A stretch of 43,289 nt of DNA from Myxococcota bacterium (GCA_036149055.1 JAYZQJ010000286.1:1-43289); one strand, 5' to 3'; counted from the stretch's first letter, positions 9,663-18,944 are shown. Translations and numbers: made by a program. Notes: a model not told the origin generated them from the letters alone.

Positions 9663-10733
9663 ATGAGCGCGCGGCCCTACCCCTTCGACCGGCTCCCGAG
9701 CCTGACCCGGGGAGACGTCGAGCGGCTCGGGCGCTGGGCCCGGGCGGCGCCCTGGGGTGCGCTGTCGGCCGGCCGCGAGCGGGCCCGCGAGCTGCTCGGC
9801 CACCCCGTCTCGGTGCGGCCGCGAGCCCCCGAGCGCCAGAGGCCGCTGCCTCCCCTCGACGCCGCGCGCCCCACCCTCGTCTGGACGGGCGAGGCCGAGA
9901 TCGGGCTGACGCTGGACCCGACCCTGGCCGCGGCGATCGTCGAGCTCACCCTCGGCGGCAGCGTGGCGGCGGCGGACATCGCGGCCGGCCCGCTCGGCGA
10001 GCTCGAGCGCGGGGTGCTGAGCTACGCCTTCGGCCGCTGGCTCGCGGGCAGCCCCTGGCAGGTCGCCGACGCCTTCGCGCACCCGGCCGCGCTCCACGCC
10101 CTGCTGGTCGATCCGATCCGATGGCCGGCGGAGATCGCGATCGGCCCGCTCCGCGGAGAGGCCGCGCTCTGGTTGCCGCCGGACGCCGCGCCGCCCCGAC
10201 CCCGCGCGCTGCCCCACTGGGCGACGGAGCTCCCGGTGGAGCTGGTGCTCGACGCGGGCGACGCGACCCTCACCGCGCGCGAGCTCCACGCCCTGCGCCC
10301 CGGGGACGTGCTCGTGCCCGATCGCATCGGGGTGGCGCGCGATCCCGACGGGCTCCGGGGGCACGCGCGGTTGAGCGCGAGCGGGGCGCGCTGGGGCGTC
10401 GCCTGCGTCATCGAAGATGGAGAGGCGCGCGTGGCCCGGCGCGCCGATCGAGACTCGCCGATCACGGCGCGACTGGAGGAGCTGATGAGCGACGACGCGT
10501 CCCCCCTCGAGGCGATGGGCGACACCCCCGTCCAGCTGACCGTGGAGCTCGCCCGGCTGAGCGTCCCGCTGGGAGAGCTGGCCAGCCTCGCGCCCGGCGC
10601 GGTGCTGAGGACCGGGCGCCCGCTCGGTGAGCCGGTGCAGCTGCGCGCCGGCGACCGCGTGATCGGCCAGGGCGAGCTGGTCGAGGTCGAAGGCGAGCTC
10701 GGCGTGCGACTGCTCGACCTCAGCCCCGGTTGA
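9663..10733 (+). CDS. SctQ/YscQ (FliM/FliN-like) C-ring protein with two SPOA domains
   Basis: SPOA1 LPVELVLDAGDATLTARELHALRPGDVL; SPOA2 TPVQLTVELARLSVPLGELASLAPGAVL...IGQGELVEVEGELGVRL. Confidence 0.8.
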   Translation: MSARPYPFDRLPSLTRGDVERLGRWARAAPWGALSAGRERARELLGHPVSVRPRAPERQRPLPPLDAARPTLVWTGEAEIGLTLDPTLAAAIVELTLGGSVAAADIAAGPLGELERGVLSYAFGRWLAGSPWQVADAFAHPAALHALLVDPIRWPAEIAIGPLRGEAALWLPPDAAPPRPRALPHWATELPVELVLDAGDATLTARELHALRPGDVLVPDRIGVARDPDGLRGHARLSASGARWGVACVIEDGEARVARRADRDSPITARLEELMSDDASPLEAMGDTPVQLTVELARLSVPLGELASLAPGAVLRTGRPLGEPVQLRAGDRVIGQGELVEVEGELGVRLLDLSPG

Positions 10734-10769
10734 GTCACCGGTGGGCGCGAGCCCCCCCTGGCCGAAGGC

Positions 10770-11759
10770 TCAATCCAGCTGCGTGACCCGGATGTCGCCG
10801 ATGGTGACCGGGCCCTCGTTGAGCAGGACGCGGGCGCCGGAGGCGTCCCAGACCGAGATCCGGTACCAGTCGTAGGGGGCCGCGATCGTGGTGAGCGGGG
10901 TCACGTCGAAGGGCACGCTGACCTCGGTGCGAGCGGCGGCGCGGCTCGGGTGCCAGTGGGAGCCGTTCTGCACGTGCACGCGCAGCCAGCGGACCTCCTC
11001 GACCGACCCCGGCGCGAGCCCCGGCATCGGCGCGCTCTCGTCCACCTCGTCGTCCTCGTCGTCGTCGTCGCCCCAGCCGGACTGGTAGCAGCGCTCGAAC
11101 CGGTAGCTCAGCCCGGCGGCCTCCTCGGCGGGGGTGCGCGGCCAGAGCCGGGGCGCGCCTCCGCGGTAGCGGCAGGTGACCAGCTCGTAGGTGTCGGCGC
11201 GCTGGTAGGTGATCCAGGCGTTGCCGTTGCCCGCGTTGCCCTCGCTCACCGGCAGCTCGCTCGGGAGCGTGACCCGGACCCGGCCGTCGATCGGCATCTC
11301 GCCGTCGCTCCAGCGCGTGGGCCGGTAGTCGCGGCTCGCGACGACGGTGCGCACCTCGGGCGCGCCCGGGGTCACGATGGGGGGATCGCCGGGCTCTCGG
11401 CGGTCCTGGACGTTGACCCGGTAGGTGTAGCCGGAGACTCCGTCGAGGGTCGCGTCGCCGGCGAAGTCCCCGACGACCGCGCCGTTGATGCGGCAGAAGA
11501 TCCAGTCGGGGGTGGCGAGCACGAAGCCGTCGGTGCGCGACAGGTGCACCCAGCGCCCGCTCGCTCCGATCTCGTCCCCGCGGATGCGTCCCACCACCAG
11601 CTCGCCGCCCTCGAGCAGACCGAGGCCACGGATCTCGCAGCGGTCGGTGACGACCAACGCGTCGTCGCTCGCCCCGGGCTCGACCTCGTACGCGCAACCG
11701 AAGAGGGCGAGCGCGAGGGCCACGAGGGACGCGGCGCGGGTGAGAGGTCGGGGCGGCAC
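10770..11759 (-). CDS. Hypothetical lipoprotein
   Basis: GGAAGGAG SD before the GTG at 11759; ALALFGC lipobox; beta-rich sequence with an acidic tract DDDDEDDEVDE. Confidence 0.7.
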   Translation of the reverse strand: MPPRPLTRAASLVALALALFGCAYEVEPGASDDALVVTDRCEIRGLGLLEGGELVVGRIRGDEIGASGRWVHLSRTDGFVLATPDWIFCRINGAVVGDFAGDATLDGVSGYTYRVNVQDRREPGDPPIVTPGAPEVRTVVASRDYRPTRWSDGEMPIDGRVRVTLPSELPVSEGNAGNGNAWITYQRADTYELVTCRYRGGAPRLWPRTPAEEAAGLSYRFERCYQSGWGDDDDEDDEVDESAPMPGLAPGSVEEVRWLRVHVQNGSHWHPSRAAARTEVSVPFDVTPLTTIAAPYDWYRISVWDASGARVLLNEGPVTIGDIRVTQLD

Positions 11760-11886
11760 GAGGGCTCCTTCCAGGTGTGGGGAATACCCGGGTGGCCTCA
11801 GTGTGCAGTCTTCGTACACAGTGATCAAGTCGGAAACGTCCGCCTCTGGTACTGTCCGGCCGGACGGCTCCCACCCCCCGGGAGAG

Positions 11887-13638
11887 ATGATGGCAAACTC
11901 CAACGCGATGCGTTCCGCGCGCCACGCGAGCGGTGTCCTGGCGGCGTCCCTGCTGCTCGCGCTGGGCTGCGCGCAGCGGCCGGTGTTCACGCCGGGCACG
12001 GACTGCGAGCTCAACAGCCAGTGCGCGGCCCAGCTCGTCTGTCGGCTCGGGCGCTGCCGCGTCGAGTGCCGCTCGGTGCGCGACTGCCCGGTCGGGCTCG
12101 CGTGCGTCTATGACGAGAGCGGGCTCGGCGCCTGCCAGATCGAAGACGAGCGCGAGTGCACGCTCGGGAGCGACTGCCCCACGCCGCTGGTCTGCCGCTT
12201 CGGCCGGTGCACGAACGCCTGCGAGACCGATCGCGACTGCCCCCCGGGCGCGCGCTGTCGCGAGGACGCGGACGGCACCCGCGGCTGCCGGGACGACGCC
12301 GACGTGGAGTGTGCGCTCAACAGCGACTGCGCCGCGCCCTACATCTGCGCGGTCGACGGCCGCTGCCGCGAGCAGTGCCGGGAGGATCGCGACTGCCGCG
12401 ACGGGCTCGTCTGCGAGGACGCGATGGAGCCGGCGGTCTGCGTGCGGCCGGGCGGCCCGGTCGACGGTGGAGTGGACGGTGGCACGGACGCGAGCCTCCC
12501 GGGCGACGCCGGCGTGAATCCGGACGGAGGCCCGCCCGCCGACTCCGGCGTGATGACCGACGGCGGCATGATGACCACCGTGGGCCCGCCGCTCCTCGGG
12601 GTCGGCTCCTTTCACGCCTGCGCGGCGCCGACGCCGGGCGACGTGCGCTGCTGGGGCGACAACACCTTCGGTCAGCTCGGGGTGGGCAGCTTCGGCGGGA
12701 GCCGCTCGACGCCCGAGGCGGCGATGATCTCGGGGGTTCGGCTCATCGCGGGCGGGGGCAACCACACGTGCGCGGCGACCGCGAGCGAGCTCTTCTGCTG
12801 GGGCGACAACGCGGAGGGGCAGCTCGGGCTCGGCACCACCACCAATCACCAGACCCCGCAGCGCGTCACCGGCCTGCCGGGGCCACCGACCCAGATCGTC
12901 GCCGGCGCGACCCACACCTGCGCGCAAGTCGGATTGCAGCTCTTCTGCTGGGGCGGCAACGTCTCCGGCCAGCTCGGCGACGGCTCCACCACGCGGCGCG
13001 CCTCGCCGGTCGAGATCACCGGCGGGCTCGCGAACGATCCGGCCGACGTCACCGCGTTCGGCGGCCACACCTGCGTGCTCCTGATCGACGGCCGCGTGCA
13101 GTGCTTCGGCGAGAACGCCGACGGACAGCTCGGCGACGGCACCCGCACCGATCGGTCCTCCCCCACGCTGGTCTCGGGCCTGACCGACGTGGTGGAGGTC
13201 GCGGCCGGGACGACCCACACCTGCGCGCGGCGTCGCGCTGGCGACGTGCGCTGCTGGGGGGCGAACGTGCTCGGCCAGCTGGGTGACGGCGGCACGACCG
13301 CGTCGACGACGCCGGTGGCCACCCGCCCGATCGCCGGCTCCGTGGTGCAGCTGACGGCCGGGAGCGGACACACCTGCGCGAGGACCAGCGCGGAGGTCTG
13401 GTGCTGGGGCGACAACGGCGCCGGTCAGACCGGCAGCGACGACGTGATGTTCCGGATCCTCGAGCCCACCATCGTGTCGGGGGCGGGAGTCGTCGACGAG
13501 GTCCGCGCGGGTCTGGACCACACGTGCGCGCGGGTTTCGGGCAGCATGCACCGGTGCTGGGGCAACAACATGAACGGGAAGCTCGGCGACGGGACCACCA
13601 CCAGCAGCTTCACCCCGGTCGCCGTGAGGTGGATGTGA
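11887..13638 (+). CDS. Lipoprotein with Cys-rich repeats and RCC1-like beta-propeller
   Basis: LLALGC lipobox; repeated CxxxxDC...C modules; DGG/DAG linker; about 7 HTCA...CWGxNxxGQLG RCC1 repeats. Start at 11887, 11890 or 11908. Confidence 0.88.
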   Translation: MMANSNAMRSARHASGVLAASLLLALGCAQRPVFTPGTDCELNSQCAAQLVCRLGRCRVECRSVRDCPVGLACVYDESGLGACQIEDERECTLGSDCPTPLVCRFGRCTNACETDRDCPPGARCREDADGTRGCRDDADVECALNSDCAAPYICAVDGRCREQCREDRDCRDGLVCEDAMEPAVCVRPGGPVDGGVDGGTDASLPGDAGVNPDGGPPADSGVMTDGGMMTTVGPPLLGVGSFHACAAPTPGDVRCWGDNTFGQLGVGSFGGSRSTPEAAMISGVRLIAGGGNHTCAATASELFCWGDNAEGQLGLGTTTNHQTPQRVTGLPGPPTQIVAGATHTCAQVGLQLFCWGGNVSGQLGDGSTTRRASPVEITGGLANDPADVTAFGGHTCVLLIDGRVQCFGENADGQLGDGTRTDRSSPTLVSGLTDVVEVAAGTTHTCARRRAGDVRCWGANVLGQLGDGGTTASTTPVATRPIAGSVVQLTAGSGHTCARTSAEVWCWGDNGAGQTGSDDVMFRILEPTIVSGAGVVDEVRAGLDHTCARVSGSMHRCWGNNMNGKLGDGTTTSSFTPVAVRWM

Positions 13639-14168
13639 GCGCGCGGCTGCTCTGCCTCCTCGCCCTGCTCCTCGTCGCCTGCGATCGGCCCCCGCCGGTC
13701 CTCGGAGGGGGCTGCGTCCTCAACAGCGACTGCGCCGACCCGCTCGTCTGCCGGCTCGAGCTCTGCCGCCGCCAGTGCGTCAGCTCGCGTGACTGCGGGG
13801 CCGGCCTGCTCTGCCTCAACATCGGCGAGGCCGAGAGCGGCGCGTGTCAGCTCCCGGAGGAGCGGAGCTGCGCGCTCACCAGCGACTGCACCGCGGGGCT
13901 CGCGTGCAACTTCGGCACGTGCACGACGGCCTGCGTGGAGGATCGCGACTGCCCGCCGGGCGCCCAGTGCCTCACGGACGACGCGAGCGGCGCCCTCGCC
14001 TGCATCGAGCCGCAGACCGACGGCTGCATCTACAACAGCGACTGCCCCGCCGGCTTCGTCTGCGCGCCCGACCAGAGCTGCCGGGTCGAGTGCCGAGAGG
14101 ACCGCGACTGCGACGCGCCCCGGCGCTGCGTGGGGAGCTTCTGCGTCCTGCCGGACGCGAGCGGGTGA
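13635..14168 (+). CDS. Small Cys-rich repeat lipoprotein
   Basis: GTG overlaps the upstream TGA; LLLVAC lipobox; the mature protein is almost all CxxxxDC repeats, colinear with the N-terminus of the upstream gene. Confidence 0.82.
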   Translation: MSARLLCLLALLLVACDRPPPVLGGGCVLNSDCADPLVCRLELCRRQCVSSRDCGAGLLCLNIGEAESGACQLPEERSCALTSDCTAGLACNFGTCTTACVEDRDCPPGAQCLTDDASGALACIEPQTDGCIYNSDCPAGFVCAPDQSCRVECREDRDCDAPRRCVGSFCVLPDASG

Positions 14169-14173
14169 GCGCG

Positions 14174-16159
14174 ATGCCGAGGCGACGCTTGCCGCGGGGT
14201 GACGTCCCGACCCGCGACATCGGCCCCTACAAGCTGGCCCACCGGATCGCGGTCGGCGGCATGGCCGAGGTGTTCCGCGCGCTCTGGCCGCAGCAGGCGG
14301 GCGGCGATCGCGCGGTCGTCATCAAGCGCATGCTGCCGATGCTGCTCGAGGACGCCGAGCAGCGGGAGATGTTCGCGCGGGAGGCCGCGCTCGGCGCGCA
14401 CATCGATCACCCGAACGTCGTGGCGGTGCTCGACCACGGCGTCGACGACGGCGCGCCCTACCTCGTGCTCGAGTACGTCTTCGGCGTCGACCTCTTCCGG
14501 CTCTCCCGGTACGTGCGCCGGCTCGGCCGCCCGCTCCGGGTGCCGCTCGCGGTGTGGATCGGCTGCGAGCTGCTCCGCGGCCTCGAGGCGGTGCACGACG
14601 TGCGCGACGACGCCGGCGCCCCGCTCGACGTCGTGCACCGCGACGTCAGCCCCTCGAACGTGTTCCTCTCGGTCCACGGCGACGTGAAGCTCGGCGACCT
14701 CGGCATCGCGCGCGACGGCCCGGAGCGCCCGCGCCCGAAGGGAGGCTTCCGCGCGAAGGGCAAGCTCGGCTACCTCCCGCCCGAGCAGGTGGGCGGCCAG
14801 GAGGTCGACCAGCGCGGCGACGTCTTCTCGGCCGCGGTGGTGATCGCGGAGCTGCTCCTCGGCAAGCCGCTCTACGCGGGCGGCACCGAGATCGGCGTGC
14901 TGCTCGCGATCCGCGACGGCGACGTCAGCGCGTTCGAGGCGATCGTGGACTCGCTCCCGAAGGGCCTGGGCCAGGCGGTGCTCGCCGGCCTGGCCTCGAC
15001 GCCGGAGGAGCGGGTGCAGAGCGCGGCCGCCCTGCGGGCGTCGCTCGAGCCGTTCGTGGACGCGCCCGCCAAGGCGCTGCAGGAGGAGCTCGGTCAGCTC
15101 GTGGTCACCGCGCTCGACGCGGACGGCGCGACCACCGACCGCACCTCGCTCGCGCGCACCATCGAGAGGGACGCCACGTCGTACGAGGCGCAGACCCCGG
15201 TCGCCCCGCCCGAGGAGGCGCTCCGCGAGTCGGGCGGCGTGTACCACGTGGAGCGCGAGGGAGAGGTCGTCGGCGTGTACACGCTCGCCCAGCTCGTCGC
15301 CGCCGTCACCACCGCCGAGGTGCGCGCGACCGACGCCGTGCGCGGAGAGACCGGCCCGCTCCGCGCGGTCGCGGCGATCCCGGAGCTGGCGCGTCACCTC
15401 CCCGCCTCCACCCGCACGCCGAGCTCCCGGCGGCGCACCCAGATGGCGGAGACCAGCGAGCTCTACGAGCTGAGCGGGCGGTCCTTCCTCGCGGTGCTCG
15501 TCGAGTCCCTGCGGGCCCGCGACGACGGCCTCCTCCTCTGCGAGCAGGGCGCGGTGCGCAAGGAGGTCTACCTCGAGGGCGGCGTGCCGGTGTTCGTCAC
15601 CTCGAACCGCCCCGAGGAGCTGCTCGGCGAGTTCCTGGTCGGGCGCGGAGTCCTCGACCGGCACGAGCTCGACATCGCGCTCGCGACGATGCCGCGCTTC
15701 GAGGGCCGGCTCGGAGAGACCCTCGTGGCCCTCGGGCTCGTCGACGCGGTGCAGGTGTTCCGTCACATCAGCGAGCAGGTGCGCGACAAGCTGCTCGACC
15801 TGTTCCTCTGGGAGCGCGGGCACGTGGCCCTCTACCGGGGCGTCGACCGGCCCGAGCGCGCCTTCCCGCTGCACCTCGACCCGTGGGAGGTCTTCGAGAC
15901 CGGCGCGCTGCGCCGCGTCGAGGCGGGGCTCGAGCAAGAGAAGCTGCGACCGGACCTCATCCTCGCGCGGACCGCCGTCGACCCCGCGGACTGCGGCGCT
16001 CCCGAGAGCCTGCAGGCGCTGTGGACGGCCTGCGCCGCGCCGCGCGCCCTGACCGAGCTCGAGGGCGTCGCGGCCACGCCCGCCCGGGCGCACGCGGGCG
16101 TCGTCCTCCTCCTGGAGCTGGGCGCGCTGGAGCCCCGCGGCTACGGTGGATACAGATGA
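14174..16159 (+). CDS. Cytoplasmic Ser/Thr kinase with GYF_2-like and DUF4388-like C-terminal domains
   Basis: IAVGGMAEVF, VVIKR, HRDVSPSNV, DLG (in place of DFG), GKLGYLPPEQ. C-terminal GLLLCEQGAVRKEVYLEGGVPVFVTSNRPEELLGEFL. No TM. Alternative GTG start at 14165. Confidence 0.85.
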   Translation: MPRRRLPRGDVPTRDIGPYKLAHRIAVGGMAEVFRALWPQQAGGDRAVVIKRMLPMLLEDAEQREMFAREAALGAHIDHPNVVAVLDHGVDDGAPYLVLEYVFGVDLFRLSRYVRRLGRPLRVPLAVWIGCELLRGLEAVHDVRDDAGAPLDVVHRDVSPSNVFLSVHGDVKLGDLGIARDGPERPRPKGGFRAKGKLGYLPPEQVGGQEVDQRGDVFSAAVVIAELLLGKPLYAGGTEIGVLLAIRDGDVSAFEAIVDSLPKGLGQAVLAGLASTPEERVQSAAALRASLEPFVDAPAKALQEELGQLVVTALDADGATTDRTSLARTIERDATSYEAQTPVAPPEEALRESGGVYHVEREGEVVGVYTLAQLVAAVTTAEVRATDAVRGETGPLRAVAAIPELARHLPASTRTPSSRRRTQMAETSELYELSGRSFLAVLVESLRARDDGLLLCEQGAVRKEVYLEGGVPVFVTSNRPEELLGEFLVGRGVLDRHELDIALATMPRFEGRLGETLVALGLVDAVQVFRHISEQVRDKLLDLFLWERGHVALYRGVDRPERAFPLHLDPWEVFETGALRRVEAGLEQEKLRPDLILARTAVDPADCGAPESLQALWTACAAPRALTELEGVAATPARAHAGVVLLLELGALEPRGYGGYR

Positions 16160-17511
16160 ACGGCGAGGACCCCCTCATCGGACAGATCCTGCTCGGCAAG
16201 CTGGAGGTGATCCGCCGGCTCGGGGGCGGCGGGATGGGCGTCGTGTACGAGGTCGAGCACCGCCTGACCGGCCACCGTCGCGCGCTCAAGGTGGTCCACG
16301 CGAAGTACGCCGACCGGCCGCGCTTCATGAAGCGGCTCCTCCGCGAGGCCAAGGTCGCGGGCACGCTCGAGACCCCGTACGTCGTCGAGACCTACGACGC
16401 GGGGCGCCTCGAGGACGGCTCGGCCTACGTGCTGATGGAGCTGCTGCGCGGGCAGACGCTCTACGACCTGATGCAGACCGAGGGGAAGGTCGCGCCCAAG
16501 CGCCTCGCGAACATCATGGCCCAGGTCGCCGAGGGCGTGGCCGTGGCCCACGAGGCGGGCATCGTGCACCGCGACGTGAAGCCCGAGAACATCTTCCTCG
16601 TCCCCGGCGACGACGACGCGGAGCGGGTGAAGATCCTCGACTTCGGCGTCTCCAAGTTCGAGCTCGGCACCGAGGAGGCGCCGACCCGCCTGACCGCCGA
16701 GGGCACGCTGGTGGGCACGCCCTACTACATGAGCCCCGAGCAGGCCGCCGGAAAGAAAGTAGACGCGCGCACCGACGTCTACGCGATGGGCGTGATCCTC
16801 TACGAGGCGCTCACCGGGCGGCTGCCCTTCGAGGCGGAGAGCGTGGGCGAGCTGTTCGTGAAGATCGGCGCGGGCGAGTGCGTGCCGCTGCGCATGCGGC
16901 GCCCCGACCTCGACGACGCGTGGTGCGAGATCGTGCACCGCGCCTTCCACCGCGACCCCGCGGTGCGTTACCCGAGCGCCGAGGCGCTGCGGCGAGATCT
17001 GGTGCCCCTCGGCACCGGGGACACGAAGAAGCGGGCCCGCACCATCTCGGACAGCGGACGCAGCACCATCGACTACGGCGCCGATCCCGCGGGCCGCGCG
17101 GAGCCAGCGCGCGAGCCCGAGCGCCCGCTCGACCCCGACGCCTCGAGCGAGACCCACGCGCTGAGCGCGCCGCCGCCCGCGCCCGACGCGGACGAGCGCC
17201 GGGACGGAGGCATGCCCGGGTGGGGTTGGGCCGCGCTCGGGGCCGCCGCGGTGCTCGCGATCGTGGTGCCGTGGCAGCTGCTCCGCCCCGCCCGCGACGT
17301 GCCCGAAGCGGCCGAGGCGCCGGCGGTCGGCGCCGAGCCGGTGGCGGCCGCCGAGCCCACCGCCGAGGAGGAGCCCGAGATCGACGACGCCGGCGTCGCG
17401 CCGCCGGAGGAGGTCGCCGAGCCCGCGCCGGCCCCCGCCGCTCCCACCCCGACCGAACGCACCGGCTCGCGCGCGCGCGCCGCCGGCCTCGATCCGAACC
17501 CCTACCGATGA
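16156..17511 (+). CDS. Transmembrane Ser/Thr protein kinase
   Basis: ATGA overlap; LGGGGMGVVY, ALK, HRDVKPEN, DFG, GTPYYMSPEQ; TM WAALGAAAVLAIVVPW; Pro/Ala/Glu tail ending DPNPYR. Confidence 0.92.
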   Translation: MNGEDPLIGQILLGKLEVIRRLGGGGMGVVYEVEHRLTGHRRALKVVHAKYADRPRFMKRLLREAKVAGTLETPYVVETYDAGRLEDGSAYVLMELLRGQTLYDLMQTEGKVAPKRLANIMAQVAEGVAVAHEAGIVHRDVKPENIFLVPGDDDAERVKILDFGVSKFELGTEEAPTRLTAEGTLVGTPYYMSPEQAAGKKVDARTDVYAMGVILYEALTGRLPFEAESVGELFVKIGAGECVPLRMRRPDLDDAWCEIVHRAFHRDPAVRYPSAEALRRDLVPLGTGDTKKRARTISDSGRSTIDYGADPAGRAEPAREPERPLDPDASSETHALSAPPPAPDADERRDGGMPGWGWAALGAAAVLAIVVPWQLLRPARDVPEAAEAPAVGAEPVAAAEPTAEEEPEIDDAGVAPPEEVAEPAPAPAAPTPTERTGSRARAAGLDPNPYR

Positions 17512-18941
17512 CCCGACGCCTCGCGCTCGTCTTCGCCGCCCTCCTGCTCGCCGCGCCCGCGTCGGCGCAGGAGGAGGATCCGCGTCAGCAGGCCGCCGCC
17601 CACTTCGATCGGGGCCTCGCCTTCTACGAGGAGGGCCGCTTCGACGCCGCGCTGGCGGAGCTCGCCCGCGCCTACGAGCTCGCGCCGGCCCACCAGACCC
17701 TCTACAACCTCGCGCGGGTGCACGCCGCGCTCGGCCACGCGGTGGAGGCCACGCGCGCCTACGAGCGCTACCTGCGCGAGGCGGAGGGCGAGATCGGGGC
17801 GCGGCGGCGGCGGGAGGCCGAGCAGGCCCTCGAGCAGCAGCGCGCGCGGATCGGGCACCTGATGGTGCGGGTCGACGTCGCCGGCGCGACCATCGCGGTC
17901 GACGGTGTCGACGTGGCGACCACGCCGCTGAACGTGCCCATCCCGCTCTCCGCCGGCGCGCACACCATCGAGGTGCACGCCCCGGGGCGCGAGGCGGTGC
18001 GGCGCGCGGTGGCGATCGCCGGACAGACGGAGGAGACGCTCGAGCTCACCCTGCGCGAGGAGGTGATCCCGCGCGGCAACCTCCGGATCGAGACGAGCGT
18101 GCCCGAGGTCCGGATCACCGTCGACGACGAGTCGGTCGGGGTGACGCCGCTCGCGAGCACCCTCCCGCTCCGCGCGGGCAGCCACGTGGTGGTGGCCGCC
18201 CGGCCGGGCTACCAGCGCGAGGAGCGCCGGGTGCGGGTGGACGAGGGCGCCGAGGTCGAGCTCCGGATCGAGATGCGCCGCGCGCCCGACCCGGCGCCGG
18301 AAGAGATCGGCCGGGTGCGGCTGGAGCTCCCCGACGCGCCCTACCTCGTCCAAGTGGACGGCGAGCAGATGCTCGGTGACTCGCTCGAGCTGCCCATCGG
18401 CGCGCACGAGCTGACCCTCGAGGTCACCGATCGTCAGCCCTACCGCGGCACGCTCCGCGTCCCGGCCGGCAGCACGGTGGTCATCGTGCCGCCGCTCGCG
18501 TGGACGCTCGACGCCCGTCAGCGACGGGTCGCCGAGGCCTCGGAGCGGCGCACCCAGGGGGCGATCACGGCGATCGCGGGGGGCGCCGCGCTCGCCGGCG
18601 GGCTGGCGCTCCTCATCTGGAACGAGGCCGAGATCAGCGCCACCGACGCGCGCATCCTGGCCATCAACGAGGAGCTCATGGGCCGCTGCGCCACGATGGG
18701 CATCGACGAGCGCTGCATGCAGATCCAGGCGGAGGGCGTCGCGCTCGCGGACGACCAGCAGACCCAGAACGTGCTGCGCGGCGTCTCCATCGCGCTCACC
18801 GCGGTCGGCGCCGGGATCGGCGCGCTCGGCCTCACGCTCTGGCTGACCGCGCCGGACGAAGACGAGGTCGACGCCGCGGCCCGGGCCCGCGCCCGCCTCC
18901 GCCTCGGCCCCACCGGCGTCGCGATCGACGGCGCGTTCTGA
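17508..18941 (+). CDS. Secreted TPR plus PEGA-domain protein
   Basis: ATGA overlap; signal peptide ending ASA/Q; TPR (AHFDRGLAFYEEGRFDAALAEL, LYNLARV); about 3 PEGA repeats; two Gly-rich hydrophobic segments; terminal Phe. Confidence 0.85.
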   Translation: MTRRLALVFAALLLAAPASAQEEDPRQQAAAHFDRGLAFYEEGRFDAALAELARAYELAPAHQTLYNLARVHAALGHAVEATRAYERYLREAEGEIGARRRREAEQALEQQRARIGHLMVRVDVAGATIAVDGVDVATTPLNVPIPLSAGAHTIEVHAPGREAVRRAVAIAGQTEETLELTLREEVIPRGNLRIETSVPEVRITVDDESVGVTPLASTLPLRAGSHVVVAARPGYQREERRVRVDEGAEVELRIEMRRAPDPAPEEIGRVRLELPDAPYLVQVDGEQMLGDSLELPIGAHELTLEVTDRQPYRGTLRVPAGSTVVIVPPLAWTLDARQRRVAEASERRTQGAITAIAGGAALAGGLALLIWNEAEISATDARILAINEELMGRCATMGIDERCMQIQAEGVALADDQQTQNVLRGVSIALTAVGAGIGALGLTLWLTAPDEDEVDAAARARARLRLGPTGVAIDGAF

Positions 18942-18944
18942 CGT

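Noticed and set aside
9663..10733. Flagellar fliM/fliN assignment
   Set aside because: No CheY-binding N-terminal peptide and no flagellar context; SctQ-like fits better, and the symbol is withheld.
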